Shown: piece after piece, positions 53,326-64,000 of the stretch | Layout of the letters: the number at the start of each line of letters is the position of its first letter | Position numbering within the stretch: position 1 is the stretch's first letter | NCBI GenBank assembly: GCA_964016885.1 | Contig: OZ024741.1 | Span: forward strand, 325,004,001 to 325,068,000 | Reading direction: 5' to 3' | DNA from: Eledone cirrhosa | Taxonomy: Eukaryota | DNA: 64,000 bases | Translations under genes and position numbers: made by a program | The notes under the pieces: generated by a model | What the model was told of the DNA's origin: nothing | What the model saw: only the letters and a program-made list of their open reading frames with translations | The model's database searches: none

Positions 53326-55855
53326 CAAAAAGTAGCAACTCTACATTTATTTTATCATCATCATAATTTGACATTCACCTTTCCATGCATGCATGGGTTG
53401 GATGGGTGTTTTTCAGCACAGCATCCTTTCACTTGAGTTTTTTTTATCATCTCCTCTGTGAGCTTCAACAGTTTAAGATCAGCTCTCACCACTTTCACCC
53501 AGGTCTTCCTCAGTCTTATTCTCTGAAATTCTTTTCCACTGGGGGGGATTTCTTAACAACTATAATTGTTTCTACTTTTGGCACAAGGCCAGCCATTTGA
53601 AAGGAAAAGGAAAGTCGATTAAAAGAAATTGCCTTCAGTGCATTACTGATACTTTATTTTATCAAACCCATAAAGATGAAAGGCAAAGCTAACCTGGGGG
53701 AATTTGGCACATATAAGGAATAACATCAACCCTTTAGCATTTAAACTGACTATCTGACCAGAATTTTCTCACCTCTTTCTGCTCAAACTGGCTGTAACTG
53801 GCCTCTCATACTGATGTTAAGGTATTGTTCTCATAATAAATATCAATCTCATAGATTCGATATGAGATAATTATGTAAGGTAAAGCCTTTACTATGAAAA
53901 TATAGTATATAGAGAGTAATATAAATGCTAAAGTAATAGTAATTTTAAAAAAACTAGCAGTTTCTTATAGCCTTGATTCATTCTTTTTTATTCACCTTGA
54001 CCTACAAGACATAAAATCATTTTCCAATCCAGGCTCGTTGCCAAAGAAGTTTGCCGACCCTTCCCCCTTCACTCACTACATGAGATAATAAGTCCATAAG
54101 TCTGTAACACTAGTGGATAACTGTCTGTAATCTGATAAGAGAGTACACTCAGAAATAGGTTAGACTAACGTAGAGTTTAGTGTTTCACTCTATATAGGTG
54201 TGTGTTTTATTGTTTCTTGTGTTTGAGTTGATGGTTTCAGCTTCTTGACTGTGAACACAGGTGTCTGCAATACTGATGTATATAATCTGTCTTTGTATAT
54301 ATATTCATGTGTGTGTATATATATATATATTTGTGTGTATATATATATATGTGTGTTTGTGTGTGTATATGTATAAATGTATATGTTTGTGAATTTTATA
54401 AGATTACTACTACTACTATCTTTGTGTGTTATCAATTACCCTATGAACCCTCTAAATCCTTCAGTGTGACACAAAAGGAGGGGAAAATATAGGTTAATAT
54501 GGAAGAAATCTGTTGAGCTATTTAGACTCTTGTGATAAAATTATTTTCATGAGAGGGACTTTAGTAAACTTTCAACTATCTGACAGCATATCGTTCTGAA
54601 AAAACTAGCACCATACTAATTATTCTTTTGTTCTTGTTTGTCCTTTTACTGGTTTCAGTTATTAAACTGTGGCCATGCTGGGGCACCATTTTGAAAAACG
54701 ATCATCATTGTTGAACATTTATTTTCCTTGTTAGACGGGTTGTCACATTCTGAGGTCAGATAGGTTAGGTGACCACCCCCTCTTCATATGTTCCATTTTT
54801 GGCTTGGTTTCTATAGCAGGATACATTTCCTAATGCTAACCAATTTATAGCATGGACTGGGACCTTTTTTTTTTTTTTTTTTTTTTTTTGCACCTACCTT
54901 ACAGGGTAGACCGAGTGCTTTTTATCAAAGCACCAACTCTACCACCGTACAGGATGGACTGGATGTTTTATCTTGGCACCATCACAAGTACCTAACAAGG
55001 TGCGACAACCTTCATTCCTGCATGGTGGGGTTTTAAGGTGGGGTGCAGTGTGCACATAACTGGCTCTACCCTTTACATCAGGGGTTCGTCTATCATAGCC
55101 AGGCAAGAAGGGACAGTGATAGCAAGGTCCTCAGGTCATAGGATTTACTTTGGTGTGTCCTTCTAAGCAATTGCCAACCAAGGCTGAGGAGTCTGTCTCA
55201 CTTGTGAAGCTGGTTAGCTTTGGAATCAGCTTTCCTTCACCTAGGTAGGTTGCCTTCCAAGGCTGATGGGTGCCATTTGCCCACAGCTGTCTGGTTTCGA
55301 GGTGCCAGAGACTCGTCTTTCACACCTCTGCCATCTTTCTTAAACAGGAGTTGGCACAGGAAGCCCAGCAGTAGTAGTTTGTCATGGCTCCAGTTGAGAT
55401 TGGTGGAATGTGAAATAAGTGTCTTGCTAGACTCCACTGAATTTATGTAATTTTGTCTTGTCAGGTTTGTAACTTTAATCTCCACTTGTTTTCTTTTCTT
55501 CTTGACTTATCACACCTATGTGCCAACAAACTCTTCTCTCAATCATCTATGTTTTAGCTACCCTTCACCCACCTCACAACTTTCTGTCCCTCAATAGCGA
55601 CCACTGGCTACTATTTTCTATCCTTTTGGGTATTTTTACCCGACTTCCATGCTGTTGTCATTGACGGCATTCCATTGTTTTAACAGCTGTTCCTCATGTT
55701 TGAGTTTTCATCTTTATCTATGAATTTCATATATCCTAAACACTTTGTCTCAATATTTTTTGATCCACCCAATGTTTATTATCTTAAGTGTTATCATCAT
55801 ACCCATCATCATTTGTGTTGAAAATCTAATCCTAGACATTTTCTCTTTATTTCAG

Positions 55856-55980
55856 TTCCCAAAAATGTTGGGATCACGCAGTGTTTCAGTTCAGTCCGGA
55901 CAAACTACACCAGTAGTCGTGGCCATTTAATGATTGGTAAAGACACTAAATTAATCTGTCAAGGTTTAACTGGCAAGCAG
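55856..55980 (+). CDS. SUCLG1: SUCLG1 exon 2
   Basis: Acceptor ttctctttatttcag; reads (V)PKNVGITQCFSSVRTNYTSSRGHLMIGKDTKLICQGLTGKQ; donor gtaata. Confidence 0.93.
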
Positions 55981-56039
55981 GTAATATACCTTGTTTTTTT
56001 AATTCTTGTCAAAAAGCCACCCCCATTTCTCTGTTTTCT

Positions 56040-56560
56040 TTCAAACCACTTTACAAAGTGTGTTAGATGCATTTTATCATGGCCTTATCAAGACTAAATG
56101 TAGAGTAGAGAGGACTTAACCCTATGTTGTCTCCATTCATTTGCCAACCACTTTACAGAGTGTACTGGGTACATTTTATCTTGATACTAGCACAAGAAAG
56201 TTTGTCATTTCCTCAGCAAAATTAAAAAGTCCTTTCTACGGTACATTGTCTCCATGTGTTCACCAGCCATTTTTACAGAGTGCACTGGGTGCATTTTACT
56301 ATAGCACCAACACAAAAGAGGCTGTCTAGTCTCTGGTAAAACTAAACATGCCTTTCTGCCCTATGATTTATCTATTTGTTTACCAGTCACTTTGGAATGT
56401 ACTAGGTACATTTTATCATAGCACCAGCACAAGACTGTTTATGACCCCAACATTAAATATGTTGGTGTGTCCCAGAAGACTAAAGACTGCTCACTACTCT
56501 ACATTGTCTTTGTTCATTCGCCAACCACTTTACAGAGTGTACTAGGTGTATTTTATCAAG
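56040..56560. repeat. Degenerate tandem units of a common interspersed repeat (ccactttacagagtgtactgggtgcattttatc)
   Basis: The unit recurs every 100-130 bp. Reverse-complement arrays occur at about 58790-59125 and 60840-61190. Confidence 0.6.
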
Positions 56561-57182
56561 TAGATGCAAAATATTTACTGAGAGGATGTGGTATTAGACT
56601 ACCAGTTCAGTAATATATATATATATTTTTTTCAATGTGAATTTAATTATTTATCTTCTTGAAACATGTTTGTTGAATTATTCGGTGCTGGACTTTACCT
56701 ATAAGCTAAAGTTGGGAGTCACACTCCCTTCGGGGTGGGGGTGGGGGCTCATTTAAAAAGATTATTTTTTTATTTTATCATTAGTTTTTATTCTTCAACA
56801 CTAAATCATCAAAAATTATATATAATATATATATATATATATATAAATTGTATTGGAGTTCCTACATAGCGATATAAATGTACATATTCTATATTGAATA
56901 ATATACAGAATATTTATGAAAAACATTTGAAGGCCTTTCGCTATGAATTGTTAAGGTGGTGACCATCGTCACACGCACGCACGCACACACACACACACTC
57001 TGTTCTTTATCATTAACATTGATATTAAAAAATAATAATCATGTATAATTATTCAAAACTTTTTTTACCCAAATGTTTTTTAGAGAAAGGCCTCCCATTT
57101 CATATAGCTTAGGGCTTTAACATGTGTAAGTCTAGGCCCGGAACTTTGGGCTAATTCGTTAATTGTACTCCCTTTCTTACAG

Positions 57183-57299
57183 GGCACGTTCCACAGTGAA
57201 CAATGTATTGCTTATGGAACACAAATGGTGGGAGGTGTGTCACCTGCCAAAGCTGGTACCACACATCTAGGTTTACCTGTATTTGCTTCAGTCAAAGAG
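57183..57299 (+). CDS. SUCLG1: SUCLG1 exon 3
   Basis: Acceptor ctttcttacag; reads [39 protein letters not shown]; donor gtaagt; 117 nt. Confidence 0.96.
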
Positions 57300-58377
57300 G
57301 TAAGTCTAACCAACTAAACTCAATCTTTAATTTATTCTATTTGTTTATTTATTTGCTGTGTGTCCTGGTCCCACAACATCAAAGACTGGACTGGTCACAA
57401 CACCGATACCTTTCTACGCATGATGGAAAATAGAGATCAGTAGTGATGACTGACCACCAAAGCATCTAAAGTGGCACCCCAATGATTGCCTGCATCAGTT
57501 AAGGGAACATGAGGATGATCCCTGGTTTTAGAATAGCTTCACTGTATACCTGCATGTCACTAACTGGGTTGGCATCAAGAAAGTTATCTGGCTGTAAAGC
57601 TTCCTTAAAACATCCCATCCAACTCATGCCAGCATGGAAAAGTAAATGTAAAACCCTCAATGATGATGGTGATAGAAAAGTAGAAATATGGAACCTGTGG
57701 TTGTAAGAAACTCTTAGGAGAGCTGAGCAGCAAAAAAATCTTTCAGCCCATATACTATTATCTACCATACAAGACAAAAAAAAAAAGAAATACTTCCCTT
57801 AGCTTACCAGGTTGTGGCCAAGTGTTTAGAGTGATGGACTCGTGATCATAAGGTCATGGGTTCAATTCTTGGACTGGGCAGCATGTTGTGTTCTTGAGCA
57901 AGATGCTTCACTTCATGTTTTCCATGATAATTAAAACACCCAAGAAACCCTCTGAGATGAAATCCCATAACAGGCCAATTAAACCAATTTAGGTGTGAAC
58001 TGAAAACTTCATTTCATTTCTGACAGCAGTTTGGTTTTTTTCCTTATATTCTTTTGCTGGTTTCAGTCATTACACTGTGGCCAAGGTGGAGCACCACATT
58101 TGTGGAATTTAAATATTGAAAAATATTTGTTTCTACTTTTGGTTCAAGACCAGCAATTTGAAAGGAAAGGGAAAATCGACTAAATTGACTCCAGTGCATT
58201 ACTGGTACTTTATTTTATCGACCCTGTAAGGATGAAAGGCAAAGCTAACTTTGCAGGATTTGAACTAAGAAAGTAAAAGACTGTAACTACATGCCACAAA
58301 GCATGTTGTCCAATGCTCTAACGATTCTGTCAATCCAATAAATATTAAAAATATAATGTCATGATTGTGTATTGCAG

Positions 58378-58590
58378 GCCGTAAACAAGACGGGAGCCAC
58401 TGCTACTGTGATATTTGTACCGCCCCCAGCGGCAGCTAAAGCTATTATTGAAGCTATCGATGCAGAAATTCCTCTCATTGTATGTATTACTGAAGGAATT
58501 CCACAGCAGGACATGGTAAAGGTGAAACACAAGCTAGTCCGGCAGAGCAAGACCAGGTTAATTGGACCAAACTGTCCTGGAATTATAAAG
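58378..58590 (+). CDS. SUCLG1: SUCLG1 exon 4
   Basis: Acceptor attgcag; reads [71 protein letters not shown]; donor gtaagt; 213 nt. Confidence 0.97.
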
Positions 58591-59869
58591 GTAAGTAGTA
58601 TTGGAGGTTTACATGATAAATGCTAGTGCAGTTAAATGCTGAAAGTAAAGATGTGTTAGAAGACTCTCATGGAAGAATTAATGTGGTTATATCTAAGAAT
58701 GCTTTTAGACCTCCTCATACAGTTGATGAAAGATGGTGGTAACTTGAATTATAAAAACTTGCTAAACAAAGGGTTAGGACTCTTCAGTTGTGGCATAGAC
58801 ATGACAGCCTCCTTAGTATTGGTGATTTATATGATAAATGCACTCGGTACACTCTGTAAAATAAACCATGATAGCAAGGGTACGAGCCATAGAAAACTTG
58901 CCACACAAGGGATTGGGAGGACTTTTCTGCTATGTCAAAGACATGACAACTCTCAATTGTTGGTGATTTACACAACAAAAGCACCTAGTACACTCTGTAA
59001 AGATGGTTGGCATCCAGCCATAGAAAACCTGCCAAACCAAGAGTTCAGGGGGACTCTTCAGCTGTGTCAGAGACATAACAACTTCCCTAGTATTGGTGCT
59101 ATGATAAAATGCACTCAGTAAATGCTGGATCATATTGCAGTCCATCGGGGCAATTTGTATAATATGGGAAACAAAGAACACATGTAAGCAGGTTGCCAGC
59201 CCATCTGGTGGAGGCCATGGATTTGCTTGAATACTGACTAATCTGTGACAACATTCCAACTCTTTCTAGCAGAGAAAACAGATGTTAAAAGATGATGATG
59301 ATGTTTGGTAGACCTAGTCAACCCATAGTAGCATGAATAAACAAATGTTAACGCAATGGTTGTTACATTTGATGTTATTTTTTATAATTATGTATCCTTG
59401 TGTCAGTGCAAGAAATTATTATTGCATTGGCAGACTTGTAAGAGTGTCAGACAAAATACCTTGTATTTCAACTGGATCTTTACATTCTGGGTCCAAATCA
59501 CGCTGATGTTAGCTTTGTCATTCATCTGTCTGAGTTGAATAAATCAAAGTACCAGCGATGTTCTGAGATAGATGTAATCAACTACTATCCTTTCACCAAA
59601 TCTCTGGCCCTGTATCTATACTAGAAATTATTTGGATTGGCAGAGTCGATAGAGCATCAGACAACATGCTTTGTGGCATTGAGTTACGGCCCTTTAAGTT
59701 CAGATTTCAAATCCTGCCAAGGTTAGCTTTGCCTTTCATCCTTCCTTATGAGGTTGATCATATAAAGTACCTGTAATGCACTGAGGTCAATTTAATTGAC
59801 TTTCCCCTCTCCCCAAATTGTTGGCCTTGTTCCTATAGTAGAAATCATTATCATCTCTTGTTTTTAAAG

Positions 59870-59927
59870 CCTGGAGAATGCAAAATTGGTATTATGCCTG
59901 GACATATACACCAGCCTGGTAATATTG
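59870..59927 (+). CDS. SUCLG1: SUCLG1 exon 5
   Basis: Acceptor gtttttaaag; reads PGECKIGIMPGHIHQPGNI+G; donor gtaagt; 58 nt. Confidence 0.96.
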
Positions 59928-60400
59928 GTAAGTACATCATACTTGAGCCTTTTCTTACAATACTGCTAATGAAAGACACTAACTATAATTTTCAAATAAC
60001 TTTTAAAATATCCAGAGTTTGGAGGGATTTAGTAATATAATTAACTTTGTCATTATTATGCCAGTGTTTGGAACATAACTTAAAAAAATATTTTTACATA
60101 AAATTGTGATGGAAGGTGTTTAGATAAATATAAACACTTAAAAATGACTGATTTTGAATCGTAGAACCAAGAACATTTTCAAGTGGGTTGATATCAAAAG
60201 TGTTAATATATTAAGATAATAATAATTTAAACATTAATTGAAAAGGTTAGAAGCAATGAGTGTATATGAATTTTCATAAAACTGTAGGAATCTCAGCGCG
60301 GGGGTAGCTGATTTCTATGCGCATAGCAATCAGCTGTTCACAGCTACCCCCACGCTGAGAATCCTTTAGTTTTATGAAAATATTAATTTAACTTGTACAT

Positions 60401-60619
60401 TTAACCCTTTAGCATTTAAACCAGCCAAATCCAGCCAGAATTCTCATGTCTTTCTGTTCAAACTGGCTGTCCTAGCCACTCATACTGACATTAAGGTATT
60501 TTTCTCAAAATAAATATCAATCTCATAGATTCGATTTTATGTGAAATAATTATGAGATAAAGCCTTTACTGTGAAAATACAATAGTAAATATAGAGTAAT
60601 GTAATTACTAAATGGTTAA
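60401..60619. mobile_element. piggyBac-like MITE
   Basis: TTAA-CCCTTTAGCATTTA ... TAATTACTAAATGG-TTAA. A sister copy lies at about 53728-53935. Confidence 0.55.
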
Positions 60620-62130
60620 AGAAAATGTTTAGTCTTTAGTAATGTAATGATTTTCAATGCTTTGTGGGATCCTTTGACGGTGTCCAAATCTTTTCCTGTG
60701 AATAATACAACTAGCATTTTATTGATGATTTCCTTAATATAGAGGGCCCCCATAACAAGTTTCATACTTGTTATGGGGTCCTTTTTGAGGTAATGTTTTA
60801 CAACTGGAAGCTCTTCTGGGTTCCGCAACAAAATGAACTCAGTATACTCAGTAAAGTGTTAGTACTGGCGCTATGATAAAATGTACCTCCATACACTCTG
60901 TAAAGTGGTAGTAGTAGTTCCACCTTAAAATGCATCCAGTACACTCTGTAAAATGGTTGGCATTAGGAAGGGCATCCAGCCATGGTTCCACCATAAAATG
61001 TATCCTGTACTACTCTGTAATGTAGTAGTGCTGGTTCCATAATCAAATAAACCCATTAAACTCTGCAAAGTGGTTGGCATTAAGAAGAGTTTCCAGCCAT
61101 AGAAATCATATCAAAATATGGTATATATGAGCAAAATATGGTTCTCAGACTTTGAAGACTCACCTAACCATGCCAGCATGGAAAGCTGTCTTAAAATCAT
61201 GGTAATTACATCACACAAGGATACTGTGTGCCGTTTCTAAATCAGATACATACAGCAACTGAACACATTTAAATACTAGTACTTTCAGATTTGAAAGGCA
61301 ATGAATTAGCAGTCATTAGAATGTCTGATAGGATGTTTTACTGTATTCCTTCCGGCTCTCTGCTCTCTGTTTGAAATCCATGAAGGCCAACTTTACTATT
61401 CATTCTTTCGAGCCCGATTTTAAAAAAAAGTATCAGTCCAGTAATGAGTGATTCTTCCTCTATATCTCTTTCTCACTTCCTCTCTATCACTCTCTTCCCC
61501 TTTCTTTGGAAGAAAGATGTGTTCTGACTTGGAGAGGGGATAGGCTCTGCCAGGTTTTAAATGCCCCATGACCCACAGTATGTCATTATAGTGTATCCCC
61601 TACGACTCCATCAGAAGTTCCGGGTTCATGCAAAACTTAATATTTAAACAACAGCACATTGTTCTTGCATTGTTGCAGGCAAAGAATGTATTGAGTTGCA
61701 TGTTTATATAACTTGTTTCTTATATCAGAAATGTTGTAACATAGTAAGGCAGTCTCTCATGTTGACATAGATATTCATTGTGATATAACACTATGTAACA
61801 TATATTATGTCAAGTGATGGTTGAGGAAAGGGGGTTAATGCTGGTTGGGGGTGTTGTTTGGTGATGGTGGAGGCTATTGTTGGAGAGGGGAGAGGTTAAT
61901 GTTAGTTGATTGGTGGAGAGGCAGTTGTTATTGGTGGTGGTAGAGGTCGTTTTAGGGGGAAGCAGTTGTTGCCCTTTATATATTTCTACTACATTGTATA
62001 AGATTTCTAAGTCCTGACAAATCATTTATTACATATCTCACAATGCTTCATATTAACTATATTAGCTAACGTTTAATGTATCTTTTTAACAAACATAACT
62101 ATTATTATTATTATTATTATTATTATCAAG

Positions 62131-62292
62131 GAATTGTTTCGCGTTCTGGTACATTAACATATGAAGCTGTACACCAGACAACTGCTGTAGGCCTTGGACA
62201 GACACTGTGTGTTGGTATTGGCGGAGATCCTTTTAACGGAACAGATTTTATTGATTGTTTGGAAGTCTTCATTGAGGACCCTAACACAAAAG
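62131..62292 (+). CDS. SUCLG1: SUCLG1 exon 6
   Basis: Acceptor (att)n-atcaag; reads (G)[53 protein letters not shown]+G; donor gtaaaa. Confidence 0.96.
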
Positions 62293-63964
62293 GTAAAAAT
62301 TTAATATTCAAACCATGAGAGTAGTAGACAGCAAAGCGGTAGGTCAATAGAATGTCAGATAGGTTTCAACTTCACATGTCAGATAGAAGGCGTCTACTTC
62401 ACGTGAAGGCATGTGGCTTAGTGGTTAGAGAATTGTATTCATAATCATGAGGTTGTGAGTTCGATTCACAGACCAGGCAATGGATTATGACTTTGAGCAA
62501 GACACTTTATTTCATGTTGTTCTTTCTGCCAGGAGTTGCAACTGTTAGATAGTATCGACAATGGAAAGACAAATGGAAACATTGTTTCCTTGGTCTGATT
62601 TGACAAGTTCCACCTCACTCATCAAGCAAATAAGGTCTTGTTGATTGATTCCTTTCCTCCTCACATGAAAATGTGTGTTAAAAATAAAAAAATGAAAATG
62701 CAAAGCTGAATTTTCTTAAAAGTTTAAAAGTGCCTGCTGTGGCACTAGTGCCATGCCGTATCAATGTATGCCTTTTTCCTTGGACAAACGTGTTGAGGAG
62801 AGAGGAGATTACCATGACTAGATTTCTAAAAGTCTGACCTTACTATTATTGGACATACAACATCAATGTTATATATCTATTTCATCCCTGTCATTGACAA
62901 TAGAGACTCTTGTGACATCATCTTCAGTGCCTTTCTGTTTGCTGGGAAAGTTGTGCTTCTGAATGAGTGCAGCCATTCTTTGCTTCTTCCTAGCACTGCA
63001 GGTTCTGCAATTAGGTCGTAAAGTTGAAGCCGAATGTGTTCAGATCTTTAATAGTATTTTCAGCGCTTATGTGGGCAGCCTCTGCTTCTCTTGCCACTTG
63101 CTAATTCACCAAGCAAGATTTGTTTTGGAATGTGACTATCATCCATTCAATATACATCACATACAAATACGATTATACTCACATGCACATATATATTGCT
63201 ATATTACTCTACTTCCACAGTATTTGTTCAGGCTTTTGGTGCTCTGGATTCAAAACCTGGCGAAATCCATTTTGCCTTTCAAGGTCGATAAGAAAAAGTA
63301 CCAGTCCAGTACTGGGGTCGATTCTACCTCTACCTCTATATCTCTTTCTCATTTCCTCTCTATCTCTTAGTCTCTCCTTCTTTAGAAGAAATGGCCATTT
63401 TCAAATTTTGGGCATTTTAAACTTGGTGGGTTCCACTTCTTCACCCAACAATCATTGTCCATGTGCATCACATGTCCAAACCAACACTGTCTTCTCTCCT
63501 GCTCATCCCCTTCAACTTGTCCAAGCTCTGCCTTTCTCTCACACTTACATTACACATCCAACGAAGCTTGGTTCCTTCATTTCTCTCCAGTCTACACATG
63601 TCCTCTGCATTCACAGCCCATGTTTCACTACCATGCTGCATCACACTTCATACACATGCGTCATACAGTTCTCTTTTTGTATGTAGAGAGAAACCTTTTG
63701 TGGTCAACAGTGAGAGTAGCTCTCTGAACTTTTTCCATCCTATTCTTATTCTAGCTATTATACTCTGAGCACCACCCACTCTCCATTGCTAATTACATTT
63801 CCTAGATAGCAGAAGCCATCAACCACTTCTATGGGTCCTTCCTGTGATTGGAATAGGCTTACATCACTAGCTATCTTCCTCTCGGTTACCCCTGTACACC
63901 CTCTACAAATAAAGTCTTCCCTTCCTGTACTTTATTCATTTGTGTTTATATTCTCTCAATTTAG

Positions 63965-64000
63965 GAATTGTCCTCATTGGTGAGATTGGTGGCCAAGCTG
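63965..64000 (+). CDS. SUCLG1: SUCLG1 exon 7 (partial, truncated by window end)
   Basis: Acceptor ttctctcaatttag; reads (G)IVLIGEIGGQA, the conserved GEIGG motif. Confidence 0.92.

Larger units (their letters stand above)
40385..64000 (+). other. SUCLG1: SUCLG1 gene span (spliced, 7 coding exons visible, 3' end beyond window)
   Basis: The exons join in frame at GT-AG boundaries: [60 protein letters not shown]...[12 protein letters not shown]...[46 protein letters not shown]...[12 protein letters not shown]...NTK-GIVLIGEIGGQA. These are classic SucD/SUCLG1 motifs. Confidence 0.95.

Overview
Repeat-rich eukaryotic DNA. The SINE/LINE families and dense (TA)n/(CA)n tracts suggest an octopus (cephalopod) genome, which is an inference. 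The only host gene I can build is a spliced SUCLG1 (mitochondrial succinyl-CoA ligase alpha subunit) on the + strand. Its coding exons are 40385-40418, 55856-55980, 57183-57299, 58378-58590, 59870-59927, 62131-62292 and 63965->64000, and the gene runs off the window. The first 40 kb and intron 1 are filled with transposon remnants: a Chapaev3/Transib-type transposase, Helitrons, a Gypsy LTR element fused to a hAT remnant, Tx1/L1, CR1 and RTE LINE fragments, many tRNA-SINEs and MITEs. The most striking unannotated signal is a dense set of type I hammerhead ribozyme folds. About a dozen intact or decayed motifs from several unrelated sequence families occur here, mostly in short non-coding elements with long inverted or palindromic duplications embedded in (TA)n tracts. 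This is the architecture expected of Penelope-like pLTRs or non-autonomous retrozymes. One such cassette sits inside SUCLG1 intron 1, where both ribozyme copies carry a catalytic-core mutation. All folds were paired by eye and none were tested.
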